From positions 1 to 64,000 of the forward strand of contig CAJFCJ010000030.1 of assembly GCA_904063045.1 (NCBI GenBank): DNA of 64,000 nt, read 5' to 3'. Made by a program: the position numbers and the translations under genes. The notes below the pieces were generated by a model. The model searched no databases, was not told where the DNA came from, and saw nothing but the letters and a program-made list of their open reading frames with translations. The stretch is from Dimorphilus gyrociliatus. Lineage: Eukaryota; Animalia; Annelida. Position 1 is the first letter of the stretch; the number at the start of each line of letters is the position of its first letter. This document shows positions 1-13,320 of the stretch, one piece after another.

Positions 1-262
1 TTTATCAATGCATATCTTTATCTAGGTTAGTTTATCAGTAGTGAAGAAAGTACTAATATAGGAAAATAATAAGTTGAAAATGTTTTCAAGAGAAAAATAA
101 TTTGTTATCAAAATGAACTTGTTAAGACGTACAAGTAACTAACAAAGTCAATCACTCGCAATTTCAATCCTTGAATTTACAATGATAAGATAAAACGTTT
201 TCTATATATATAAGTGCCACGTCCGTTCTTATACTTAGTTTAATAATTGATTTCAAACGACA

Positions 263-1968
263 ATGATTGAAACTTTTGAGGATATTTTACACGAGATAGA
301 TCCGTTTGCGTACGCCGCTGAGCGTTACGGATTTGATCAAAAAGACTTATTGGTAACAATTATTATTTAAATTTCATAATTATTTTATCTATTGGGCGTC
401 TAATTTTTTTTTGCAACATTTTCTTTTATGTTTCTTGTTTATTAATTTTTTATTATTGTTTTTTTTTCTATAAACAGCTGCTCGATTTACTACTTCAAAC
501 GACAATGTCTAATTACAATCATATGGGTCAACCTCCAGCGAAGAGACGCTCTTTGGATCCTTCACTGAATTCGCCATTAAAAGAATTGAATGTTCGACAA
601 TCAATGACATCACAATTCCCTTTTGAGAGTAACGCTCCTGTGTTTCCGTACCACGATGATGTCATAAGCAAATTCAACAACGTCAAGAGCCAAAACGATT
701 TTAATTTGAGCGCTGACGTAGCGGACGTTCCCAATCATGAATTGGACGAGTACTTGTGTAAGTCAAGTTACTTAATATATTACATGGTAAATAATAACTA
801 TACCCTTTTATGTTATAGATGGCGCAATAGCTCCTTTAGCTTCAACGTCGGAGAATATTGCATCTCCTGTTCCTCTATCGGTTATCGATGCTGAAGGTAG
901 TGATCATAGTCAGAGTTCTATTGGTTCTATGGGACGCGATAAGAAAAGGGAATCATTGGAGAGTTCGATATCTGGCATATCGTCCGCATCTTATGAGTTG
1001 GAGGAGAACAACAACCAGATGGCGCAAAATGATAAAACAACTTTTCGCTGTAAGATATGCCATAGAGTCATGAAAAGGCTGAGAATTTTCCAGCAACATA
1101 TGGCTAAACATGAAGAAGAAAGTATGGCAACCGGAGGAAGATATCAGTGCGAAAAATGTGGAGAAAGGTTTCCAACAAAAATCTTTAAAAGAGAGCATAT
1201 AATGAGAGAGCATTCAGAAGGAAAGACAAAACTGTTCAACTACCATTGCGATATTTGCAATAGAACTTTTGCACAAAGATCAAACTTGGATGTCCACATG
1301 AGACAGCATACTGGAGAAAGACCTTATAAATGTACGATCTGCTCGAGAAGGTTCCGACAAAAAGCTCATTTAGACAAACATATGGAAAAATTGCACGATA
1401 TTGATGTCCGATCGAATAAATCACAAGCAAGACAATTAACCAAAGTTGAACTTAAGGTAGGCATAGAAATTTATTCAAATATCTTTTCAACATCTTTTAT
1501 TAAACGTCTATTTTATTTCATTTACAGTGCGCTAAATGTTCAGCCGTATTTGAAACTAGATTCAAGCTAAGAGTTCATGAGAAAACTCACGCCTCGTCAC
1601 ATATGCCAGCCGAAACGGCTGTTGCTGCTCCAAATGCTTACGATCAAAGAAACGTTAACTCAATTTATCAACAAACCTATGATTCACAAATCTGGAATCC
1701 TCATCATCGATCTAGGAGCGTAACACCTACAACAGGTTGTCAACAGATTGTTAAAAGCGAATTTCAAAGACCAAATTCTGAGCCTTTGGATAAGAATTAT
1801 TCCTTCCAACCGATTTTCCAAGCACCTCCCAACGGAATTAATACACCTCACTTTACACCTTACGATAATTTTGGTGAAGCAATGAATTCAAGAAGTTTAA
1901 CAAGGCACTTATCAGCTGATAATATCCGTCAACCAACAAACGGATGGGTACCTCCTTTTAGAATGTAA
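263..1968 (+). CDS. C2H2 zinc-finger transcription factor (5 fingers), about 482 aa, 4 exons
   Basis: Exons 263-352, 478-757, 819-1456, 1528-1968 join in frame with GT-AG introns. Fingers: CKICH..HMAKH, CEKCG..HIMREH, CDICN..HMRQH-TGERP-CTICS..HMEKLH, CAKCS..HEKTH. The start could instead be the in-frame ATG at 505. Confidence 0.85.
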
Positions 1969-3058
1969 AAAGAAAAAAGCATCCCCGAAAAAAAAACCCT
2001 TATCAAGAAAACCAAAAAAAGATTGATTCTTTTGAACTTGTATTATAAATTAGTTTTTCTGTATTTATAATTTTTTTCTCTCCTTTTCTGCATTTAATAA
2101 ATGTTTGCTCTTTTTTTTAAATTTAATAAAAAATCCACTTTTTTGAGTTAACTAATACAAAGAAAGGTGTATAGAATACTTTTTAACTTTTATATATCTA
2201 AGAAGAAATAAATAATAGGTCATTTGAGATAAAACTTGACAATTTCCATGTAATTGTTAACATCGATTAGAAATCTATAAAGTTGGCGTTTTTTTACGTT
2301 ATTCTATCGATTAGGTTTACTACATTTACATCACTTATTCTTGTTATTTTTATATAATTTAATAGATACACATCGAAACTAGATTACAATTGAACTATTA
2401 TTAATAAAGAGCAATTGCTCAATCAATTATGATTGATAAATTAGCAGTTGCATGTACAATATCTATAATTATATATATAAAGTTTATATTATTATCAATT
2501 AGATTGAGGACAAAATAAAGGTTATTATCGGCCTTGATGCAATTGCTCTTTTTGTCTTATCGTATAAGTTTATCTTATTTGAGGTCCGAAACTGTGCATA
2601 CAGAGGTCCCGAACAAGGATTGTCGACCTCGGAAAATTTATACCTAAATGTTACATATTATATTTTTTCTACATGGGGAACGTTATATTTCTTGTTATAG
2701 AAGCAAATTATCATAATTTTGCATTTAAAATTAATTTATTACATAATGCAATTATTACTTTTCAATTTGGCAGAAGATGCTTTTGTCTTTTACTTCTTTT
2801 TTCTTTTATGCGAATGTTTTTAAATGATTTCCTTCTTCAAAGTATCCATTTTAATAGGTGTATCATTAAAGTACTTAAGAAATTATGCAAATTTCAAAAG
2901 AGTTTACAACTTTTTCTTTTGAAATCAATTAAGAATTCATTTAATGCTTTTCAATTGAAATTTTTTTATTACTCTTTTCCTATTTGTCATTATTTCCATT
3001 GGCTGTTTTGTTATTGTTCTTTTTCTTGTGAATGTGTGTTTATATGCATATGTATGTA

Positions 3059-3062
<4 letters not shown>

Positions 3063-3109
<47 letters not shown>
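3063..3109. repeat. (TG)n microsatellite
   Basis: Uninterrupted TG run read directly from the sequence. Confidence 0.95.
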
Positions 3110-3112
<3 letters not shown>

Positions 3113-4672
3113 CGTATGTTTTAGGCCTTTGTAAATAAATTATATTAGTTCAATTAGTACAAATATTCTATTGAAAAAATCCTGGAAAAGTATATAAAGA
3201 AATAGTAAAAACCAAGATTGTGGATAATGAACGACTTTTTATAAAAAGAAAATCTAGAAAAGCTGATGCTAGTCTTTACAAATGGAAATATTTAGGGTAG
3301 AAATGTGTTTTAAGTTAGAGAGTAATGGAAGAGCAAACGTTTATTTCACTAAAGGGAATCGAGTTCGCTTAATGTAAAAATAGCTTTCATTATGAAATAT
3401 TATAAATAATAATAATTATTATTACTTTACTGTGATAGTAGCAATTCAAACAAAAATATCTTTTAATTTCTTGTCTAATGAAAGGAGAGGGAAAATAGAA
3501 TAGGAACTTAGTTCTTCAAACTCCTATTAATAGATTTTGCCTCTTTCTCGTTTAAGATGGCGCTTCACAATTCACAATATCGAAAAGCAACGCGTTATTT
3601 GGCACATTCGTAGATAATTGGATGTGAAAAGAAAGGACGATACAGGCTTAAAGTAATCACTTTTAATTTTTAATTATCAATATATTTATTACGCGCTAGA
3701 ATGATAAAGATATGATTATTATTTTCTTACTTTCTTTAATAAACACACAATCAATAAGCACTGTATACACGAAATTTTATGAATCATTTAAAAATAAACG
3801 AATATTTGTTTTCTTTGTTCAAACAATTACGTTCAATTTCTTATATTTCTTTATCTTTTATAGTACTTTCACTGAAATAAAAACAAGTTCGTAAGCGTTA
3901 TTTTTTTGAAATTTTTACAATTAAGCTCCTTTCCCTTTCTCTTTCTCGCTTTTTCTTTTTCTGTCCAAGTCGTTCCCTCCATGCCTCCCTTTCTCCAACT
4001 TCAACCCCCCTGCCTAGCATCTTCCTTTTTTATTATTCCTTTCGTGAAAAATTAACATATGTTTACATAACCGTTCGGGTGGTACATTCAAATAATTAGT
4101 TAATAAATATTTCATTTATGGTAGCGTTGTTTCCATTTATTTAATGTTATTTTAATCGAATTCCATGGATTTTTAACGAGTCTATGGGAAATAACTATAA
4201 TGGTGCTTTCTAGAGATTTAGTTGACTTGGCGATTAAGTACAGTTATATAGAAAGTTATCAATATGTAGTAGTTCGTTTTATAGTGAAACATACATTCTT
4301 TTACTACTTTAAACTGTTAAATGTATGGAGAAACGTTGTTGAGAAAGACTGTAATACTTTCTGAAGGTAGCCTAATCTTGCTACTGTCTCCATCTAACGT
4401 TCATTGAAGGATTATTGTTTTTTCGCCCCCGTACTAGATTAAAAGATTATTGGGTTGATTTTCAAATTAATGGAATTTCATTTTAAATATTTAATCATGA
4501 TTTGTTATGTGTGGCAAATTGTTCTATTCTCTTTTAATGTTTCTTATTGTGCACTTCTCTCGAAACATTGGTAATTGATACTAGACTTTGTACTTCATAA
4601 TTCGAACTTTGCATCCCTCTTTAAATAAAAGCAAGGCATTTGTCGTTTCTGTAACACTGAAAGAGCTTGAAG

Positions 4673-6067
4673 ATGAACATTCTTTCAGTTTCTTTAGCTA
4701 TTCTTATTTTGTCTACGATCACCTCTTCCTATAGAGTGAGGAGGGCGATTGGCGGCAAAGAATTAGATTTAACTGAATGGCCATGGTTAGCTTCCGTTAA
4801 GGTTTTCGAACCTACTTATTACGTCTTAAAATTTATTCCTATTGGAGTATGGCATCATTGCAGTGCAACCTTAATTAGTAAGCAATGGGTACTAACAGCT
4901 GCAGAATGTGTTGAAAGAGACGGGTATGTAATCTACTGTAAAGCGGTTAAACAGCTAAATAGTTTTAGTATATTTGATAGCGAACATATCCTTCTTTAGT
5001 ACAAATTTATTGTGTATTTTGTTATAGGCCTTTATCTATTGCGTTAGTAATGTATTGTTATTATTGTTATTGTTGTTTTTTTTCTTTGAAGAGAAATAAT
5101 GAAAGCAAACCATATTCATATTCGATTGGGAGATGGACAAAGAGAAAAGAGTTTTATGGAAAGGTTAAAGGGTAAATTCTGTAAATACGCTAAATCTCTG
5201 GGAATATGTAATTATGAGGACGTTGAATATTATTTACACGTTAAGCGTGTTATTGTTCATGAGGGATATCAATTTAAGAATGTGAAAAGGGAACATAATG
5301 TAGCCCTACTATACTTGGAGGACAATGTTCCAGCTTTCCCTGATGACAGCGCTCCGCATATAAGTAGAGTTCATCTACATAACGAAGATAACATTTTGTT
5401 AAATAGTGACGAACAGTTTCCGTCCAGTAATGATAAATGTAAATTTGGTGGCTGGGGTAGAATAAATGAGGAAGGAAAGCCTCCGATCAATGCTCACCAA
5501 GTTGATATGCCAATAATCAGTGAAGAGATATGTAATATGAATGTTGATCATGAAATTCAAATTTGTGCAGGTTCCGAAAGCGTTGGAATTCGGCAGGTAA
5601 TTCAAATGTAACACCTTTCTTTTGTTTGAAAGACTGAATGGGTGAATCAACAAACTATGTTGATCTTTCCCAATATTTCCTCTTTTTATGAACATTCAAA
5701 AGCAATTACGTAATCGATGTCAGAGTATTCAATAGATGGTTAGCTTTTATCGGTCAATTCAAGTTAATTAATCTACATTCACCGATCTAATCATCTATTG
5801 TCTAATAGTAGGTCTCATTTAGTGCAATAACCCATTCTTTCGCCTCCCATCTTTATTCATTTATTGTTCTTTTTATTGATCATAAATAAATTTTCTCCTA
5901 TTCAGTACGACCTAGGCGGTCCTTTAATTTGTAGGAAGGATGGCAAGCCTTATCAAGTTGGAATCGGTAGTGACTGGAGAAAGGGAAAGGCGTCTATTTT
6001 TACCCGAGTTTCAGCCTATTACGATTGGATCAAAGAGAATATTATAGAGCACGAAGGATTAGCTTAA
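4673..6067 (+). CDS. Secreted trypsin-like (S1A) serine protease homolog, predicted inactive, about 305 aa, 3 exons
   Basis: Exons 4673-4923, 5092-5596, 5906-6067. Signal peptide, RVRR|AIGG activation-like site, WPWLAS, CSATLI, WVLTAAEC (canonical TAAHC), HNVALL (canonical DIALL), YDLGGPL (canonical GDSGGPL). Confidence 0.9.
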
Positions 6068-6331
6068 ATATGAAAGTAAAGTAAATTACCATAAGAAAGA
6101 ATATTGAACGAGAGAAAATATCAATCGATTCAAAAACTTTCCTCTGTATTAGCCTCTTTTTTCATATTATAAAATAAAGGAATTAAAGCATTAAAACAAT
6201 TTCATTTGGTTAGGGGATTTTCAAGATTGTAAGATTAAGATTATTATTTATTTGTCGGTTAATCTCAAAGCTATTCAGTAATGAAAGGGGATAATTAAAA
6301 AAAAATCTTCTAATTTATACCCTGTACTGAA

Positions 6332-6345
6332 CCGCTAGATGGCAC
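6332..6345 (+). promoter_or_regulatory. CTCF-like motif CCGCTAGATGGCAC
   Basis: Matches the CTCF core consensus. The 15-mer CGCTAGATGGCACGT recurs exactly at 35961-35975. Confidence 0.55.
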
Positions 6346-7195
6346 GTAAAAATGAGAAAACGAGAAAAGTCACCTAATTTTTAGACAAATAGTATTTTGA
6401 TAGATGCTGTAAAGAAATCTCTTAATTTTGTCATATGTTAAAGTTCCATCCTTTTAAAGAATTAAACAGCAGGGAAAAGTTAGATGTACAAAGATATTAT
6501 TTCTTTTATCTTTTCATTTTCTCAATAAGACTGGTTCTCCCTACCCTTCATCCTCCACTACAATCTTCCTCATTCCTCCTATATCTTTCACTTTCTTACT
6601 CTCTTCTTCAGTGCTTTCTCTCTTATTTCTTTGATAAGAAAAAATAGCTAAAATTCTCCATAAATATATTTTTGATTATAGACAATTTTTTTTCATAATA
6701 AACGTCATCAATGAAATTTTGATAACATTTTAAGATAAGTTAAATTTAGCAACAAAATTCCACATCAATACAGCAGATGTTTACATATCTTTTTTTTCCT
6801 TCTTACCTGAAAGGCTGACCTAGGAGATGGTTTAGAGAAAATAGAATATGTATAATTTATTCGCCAATAAGCACTTAATAACTAAAAGTTCCGGTTGTAA
6901 TATACAGGTTTTTTATTTATATAAAAATGATACATAAAATTTGCTATATAACATCCTTTAAGGCACGTTTGTGCGCAATTTCGTGTACAAAACATTATCG
7001 GACGCAAAAGCAGAATATACAGTGGTTCATTATTTATGAACACAATAAAAGAAAAATATAATGAGAAGGTTTATTTATATTTTAATGATAATTAGGAATA
7101 TTGGAAATAAAAGGTTGTGTTTGTGAAACATGAAATTAACCTAGAAAACGGTGATAGAATGGTGGAGATATAGTTAGAGAAAACAATATTATATA

Positions 7196-7229
<34 letters not shown>

Positions 7230-7830
7230 GTATTGTACAAATATAGAGAGGCATATATACTGCGTAATATAAAAAGGCGTCATTTTTTAGATAAATTCCC
7301 TTTTTATGTACAGCAGATATCCTGTTAAAAAGACAAAAATAAAACAAAAAACAAAAAAAGGGGATGAAATGAGGTTTATCCTTTTCCCCATAACTTCTCC
7401 ATCTTCAATCTTCTTCCTCTTAATAAACCTCTTATGTAATATTCACTTCGGATTGTTTTTATTCATCTTGACATTAGAGAAAGACTGTATTAAACTAGAT
7501 AATCCTTTCTTTCTTCTTTTCCTGATGCAATTATAATGTAGAAGATTATAAAAATATATGTTTTGGACAAATTAAGAAAGTAGATATTCCCAAAAAAATT
7601 TTCGTATTTTTGTCACATTTCACTTCACTTTTTTCATAGGAAAATAGCATCAACTTATCAGCTCTTCAGTACTAGGTTGCTGTTTTTTTGTCTTAAATTA
7701 AAGAGAGCCTCCAATTACAGTTTTAAAAGTTACATTTTTTCATTAGGTATTAACCGATATTATTTATACTCTACTTGCTTAATTAATCAAAACTTAATTA
7801 ATGATAAAAATAGAGCTATGATATTATTTC

Positions 7831-9507
7831 TTATTTTATTATTGGCGAATTCCTCTTTAATTTATAGACTTGACTCCTGAGATTTGTCGCTGATGAATGT
7901 GACTCGTTGATTACCAGTTGCCTGCTTGAGAAAAATCTCAAATTATGCCTTAATCTGCTTCTAGTTCTACTTTCCATTCTCCACCAAAAAAATAGTATAG
8001 GTGTAATTATACAGGATAGATAGCCAAAAAGAATAAAAGTCATATAAGACTTATCCATATGTTCTTCATTTGAACTATTCTCGAGTTCTAGATGTTGAAC
8101 TAGTACTACAATGTTAATAGGTAACCAGCTGACACCATAGATTATCATCATAAATGATAAGTATTTTTGGTTTCTTTTTTCGTTATTATCCAGATTAGTA
8201 ACCTCTTGAGTATCATCTTCAGAGGGTGGACCATCTGCTACTCTACGCATAGAAAAGTTAGATAATTCCCTTGCCATCTTTAGTTCCATACTAGTTCTTA
8301 TAATTAAAAATACTTGTAGAGCAAAAGGACAACAATATAATGCTACAAATGAGCCTCGGACAAATTCTTTTGCTTCCAAACTCTAAGTTTTCATTTGATT
8401 TTTCGATTAATGATGGAAAATTTTAATAATTCTCCGTTTCAATTAAAAGAACAAGAATTATTTATATATTAAGATAATTTTTTGGAGAATTTTTAAATAT
8501 TTTCAATCATAAACCGGCTGTAAGAAGCAATAACCAATTGAAGATTTAGGATTTAAATCAGGCACATACTCCGTATACACTGAATATGGTAATACTACGC
8601 AAATCGATATTATCCAGACAACAAGGGCACATAGTGCAGCCGGTAAACGAGGCTCCATTGGGCAAGCAATTAATCTATATCTATCAATTGATAGAAGCAC
8701 AAATGTCAGCATTCCAGAATGCTTCGTAAGATCCTGCATCATGGGCAAGACGTGACATAAAAAGGAGCCCAAAAGGTAACAACTTTTCAATAAAAAGAGA
8801 TGGAAAAATCTTTTAAGCATCACCAGAAATATGCCTATAGATTTAATCTGTATACACCTCATAAAAAACATATAAACCTAATAAATATTCATAAAAGATT
8901 ACTTAAGTATTATTCTCATTAATTAGCATTTGAAAAACATAATAATATGAATCTTTTTTGTTTGTTTTTCCTTTACAAACTAATTGTAACTTTTAGTTGC
9001 AACTTGGGAAAACAAAGTTGAATAAATTTATATCACTTGTAAGAAGAACTAACAATCGAAATATACAATAATATAATAGAAAATGGCAAAATTACATAAA
9101 TAATGTTTGTTTTATGCCTTTTTAAGTAATTTAAAAGAAAGACAGTAGATTGTTGAAAATGAATAAAATAGATTTGTCTTAATTTATCAATTCATTATTA
9201 TTTGTAACTATTCCATCTCTAATTACGTTAGTATCTGGTTCACTAGTGTCAAAGGTAAAACTATTAATAGTTTCAGTAGACCTGCCACAGCTATGTTGAT
9301 GAGGAATACATAAGTTGGATTCTTGAATAAATGATCTTTAACTATCGAATAAATCATCAATACATTTCCAATTGCACCAGATAGAAAAACAATTGAAAAA
9401 ACAGTCAGGAAGAATGGTACAACATGCTGCAAAGAACTTTTAACATCATATTTATCGAAGGTTTCATTCGAACCACTTAAAGCGCATCTTTCAGATGAAT
9501 TATTCAT
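7831..9507 (-). CDS. Rhodopsin-class 7TM GPCR, orphan neuropeptide-receptor type (NPY/PrRP-receptor-like; resembles Drosophila CG32547-type orphans), about 366 aa, 3 exons
   Basis: Exons 9507-9227, 8782-8515, 8382-7831 join in frame. N-terminal NNS/NET sequons, TM1 GN, TM3 DRY, TM4 W, TM6 SWLP, seven hydrophobic segments. The subfamily call is from remembered motifs (LCHVLPMMQD, DRYRLI..P..PRLPA). Confidence 0.85.
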
Positions 9508-10768
9508 ATTTGCATGCTACTATTTCCCTTCAGATAAACCTGTGATAAAAACAGTTGAAAAGTGAAAATATCTCTTCATTAGAAATAATCAATGGATTTA
9601 TTTACTTTTATGTTTTTTTTTATAATTCATTCATTCTTGTTTATTTAATAAATTCTTTGAAAATAGCTTATCGATAATCTCTAATTTTTTGTATTGTTAT
9701 ATAGAACATATAAAAGAGATCTTAAAGAAACTATACTATATATAAATTATTCAAGATCCTAATTTCCAGGAAATAGAATGTATCTACCATAAATAACATT
9801 CATAAGTTAGTAATAGCTTGTAACTCTGGCGTTTGTTAAATTAATTAGTTTATTGATATAACAATACGTTCTCTATTCTCTCTTCGCCGAAAAGATATCA
9901 TATACAATCCAACTCTTATTGACAGAAAAAATGGTATCAATTAGAAAAATGAGTTAAATTTGTAAACAATAATATAAGAGTACAATTCCACTGCTTATAC
10001 TTTTAGCATGTCTGTAACTAGTACAAAAGTAAATACTCTTAAACGCTATAAATACTATTTGACGTCTCTTCTTACGTACTCGAGTTCCGTGAAAAGCCGA
10101 GTTTGCCTTAATTAAAACGTTTCAATTGTGTTGGTTCATTTTCGTTTTCTTTTCTATATTTTGCTTGAAAGAGAATACTAATGGAAACTTTTTTCTTTTC
10201 ATCTATGACTGCCAATAAAGAAATTAATAAAAAATATCTTAAGGCTTACTGATTTAAATGTTATTATCTTTGTTTTGCTCTCTTTTCTCTTCCATTATTT
10301 TATTGCTAAAGAGTCATATTGTTATATTTTTTATATATTATATAGTACTTTGATATTATACTTGTACTATATATAAAAAAGACAATTGCTAAATTATTAG
10401 GAGAGAAAGACGAAGATTTATATTAGTGGAATACACATACAACGCTAATCAGTGATCTTACTAAAAAACAAACCTAAATACTCTATTATCCGTAGATAAT
10501 TACTGAATTAATGAATAAAAAGCCTCTTTTTTCCAGTTAAAATCTCAACTAATAATTAATAAAATCTTTACAACCTCCTTTCATCTATTTCAATGGTTTT
10601 TAGTTACTTTCTTTTATTTCATCAATAAAATTCTAAGAATCTTAAAAGTATAAATCGTCTTTTTATAATTTTTGTTCAGTTGTATTACATAAGCAAAGAT
10701 TAAAGACTTAATGTTTTATTCTTACTTACTTATGTATATAATATACATAAAGAGAGTGAAGAGAGAAA

Positions 10769-10770
<2 letters not shown>

Positions 10771-10794
<24 letters not shown>
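10771..10794. repeat. (GA)n microsatellite; similar GA/CT runs at 11863-11890, 13953-13980, 14146-14194, 18314-18338
   Basis: Read directly from the sequence. Confidence 0.9.
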
Positions 10795-10800
<6 letters not shown>

Positions 10801-11860
10801 AGAAAGAGTATTATGTGAAGTGTAAAGAGAGGGAAGAGTACCATAAATTGATTGAATTGTTTAAGACAGTGCGACCTACAAACTCTGATTAAATAGTCTT
10901 TTTAATACCCATTATCTCAATAAACTTAAATATAACTGGGTATAGACACTTTTCTTTAATAAAAAAGAAACTATATATATAATTCCTAATGTAATTATTC
11001 TGAAATTGCATTTGATAACATGGATAGGTGTTAATGATCTCATTCTTTCTTCTTTTCTATACTCAGCTTTAGCTGCTTAAGCTTTTCTTGTTTTTTTATC
11101 TTCTTCCCCGAAAAACTTCTTCTACAAGTATGCGTCATTGAATTTTTAGTTTTGTATTTAATATAGAAAAATTGTTTGTATGACATTTTATTATCTTTAA
11201 GGCTGGAATACGATATCCTTGTATTTATGATAATTGGTTGCTATTGGAAACGTATTTTTATATAAAAATAAGAAACTTAATAAATCAAAAGTACACATCC
11301 ACTGTATAGAATTTCTAAAAACAAAATAGGAATATTCAGAGACAAAGCTTCTTGCATAGATTATTAACGAGGATACCGTTTAGGAAGGCGCGTCTTAAAA
11401 GGTTTCCATCATAATTGAAAAAAGTCGAAGTAAATTTTCTAGAAGCCTGGTGTTTAATTGAAAAAATGACCCTTAAAAGAGATAGATACAGTCTTAAAAA
11501 GTCTGAATATATATAAAATATCGTTAAATACAGTATAAACATCACCTTTTGATCAGTTTTATATTAATTTCTAACACTAGACTCTTTTATTTATATGAAA
11601 TTTTTGTCTTCTTTGTTTAGCAAGAAAAAAACTAAGAAAACATGTAAAAGTATTTATATTATTTATATTACAATTTACTTCATAGTTTAATAGGAAATGT
11701 TAAACCTTTAAGTGCACAGAAAAGTGAAAAGAAATGACTATCATTACAAAACTAATGATAAATCCATTCCAATTTTATATTCTTGTAATACTATCTTTCC
11801 CTTAATTTATACTTCTCTTTAAATTTACAAATTAAAATGAGAATTTACAACGTGCTAGAG

Positions 11861-11898
<38 letters not shown>

Positions 11899-12669
11899 GA
11901 TGGAGAATGAGAGAGATGCAAAGAATATACTGACAGATAGACAGAAATAAATAGAATAAAAATGATAGCTTTGGGTATTACGTTTAAATGTTTTATACGT
12001 TTTCAGTATACATTTCTGAGAAACTAGACTAAAATATAACAAACAATTGTTAACTACATTCGCTTTTGCCAAATCGAAGTAAAAACTTGTGAAAACAACA
12101 ACGTTAAACAAAAGACAGAGCAGGAATTGACTTTAGTTATAAATGATCCTTAACGTACATTTAGGCGTGTCACGTACCTCACACAAACACGTTGATTAGT
12201 AGATTTTTTTCTTTATTTGTGTGTTTAACAACAAAAGCTACCCTCTCTGATTGAAATCGATAGATCGAGAACATTTAGAAATCAATTTTTCTGATTTTGT
12301 TTTTCATTTTAGAGTGGATACTAAAACAAAGAGAAGGATGGAGAGATTGAAATAGAGATGAGGGCGAGTGAGAAATGGGAGAAATATTATTAAAAAATCA
12401 TTCTATTTTATATCACAGTAATCTAAATATGTCCAAAAAAGCTTAAATTTTTTCCAATAGCTTATAATGTTTATCATGCTAGATAAAGATTTTTGTCTAT
12501 ACTTACTTCATCTCCTAAGATCATAATTACGCAAATGAAAGTGCTTAGAAGAGTTTGATGACTAATTGGTAATTATTATTAGCTACTTTAAGCATTTAAG
12601 TCAGAACATTCTAAACAAATATGCAATATACTATAAATAAATTACATATATGCATATTAATATATTAGG

Positions 12670-13320
12670 ATCATTCGGTAATTTTCATTTGGTTGGCAAA
12701 AGAATAGCCCTATGCTATAAATTCATTCTACTCTAAAAAATTGTTTAACTAACTTCTTTAATGTTATTATTATCCTCAAAAATGGATTCGCTGGTTTATC
12801 TCTTTAGATTTTCCAACAAGATAATAACCCGAAGGGGTCAAGACGAGAGCTATATGAGGGATATTGTAACACAAGTCATCCCAGTTGAAATAATTTTATT
12901 TGTGGTTTATAGTGTGGTTTCTAGCATTTTCATGAAGGAGAATTGAGTTTCTTTGAAGTCTTTTTCGTCAAAGTTTCTTCCTAAGATTGTCCAAAATCTT
13001 GCAATCTATAGTTGAGTTCATACTCTTCAATGTGAATAATTCCTTTCTTATTACAAAAGAATACCGACAGCAGTTTTATCCATAGTTATGTCAGCTTTGA
13101 CTTTTGTAAGAGAAGAGGAATCCTTGTAATAATATTCCATTGACTTTCTTCTGTTCTAGCGATTAAATGAAAGACCCAAGCTTTGTCCCCTGTTACAATT
13201 CTATCTTTACCTAGCTTTTGCTTAAACACTATCTTAATACTGAATGAGTGCTAAATAACTTGAGACTCGTTCCAGATATAGATGTTAAAAACTCTCAACA
13301 ATTTTTATTCTTACTTAGTC
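12670..13320 (-). mobile_element. Degenerate mariner (Tc1/mariner D,D34D-type) transposase remnant
   Basis: Minus-strand translation across stops and frameshifts gives DRIVTGDKAWVFH (13205-13167), FFCNKKGIIHIE, CKILDNLRKKL*RKR, ILLHENARNHT (about 12940-12911), QLG*LVLQYPSYSSRL and LTPSGYYLVG. These match the mariner motifs VTGDEKW, LLHDNARPH and HPPYSPDLAPSDY. No TIRs recognised; boundaries approximate. Confidence 0.85.

Noticed and set aside
812-825. TAGATGGCGC resembling a CTCF/YY1 motif
   Set aside because: It is the splice acceptor plus the first codons of zinc-finger exon 3. The similar word at about 1013-1026 is also coding.
2407-2551. 13-bp inverted repeat AAAGAGCAATTGC / GCAATTGCTCTTT about 120 nt apart
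   Set aside because: Short, built around a palindromic core, with no target-site duplication or second copy in the window.
2673-3134. 153-aa ORF ending in CVCVCV
   Set aside because: It is produced by AT-rich sequence and the (TG)n microsatellite and has no protein-like features.
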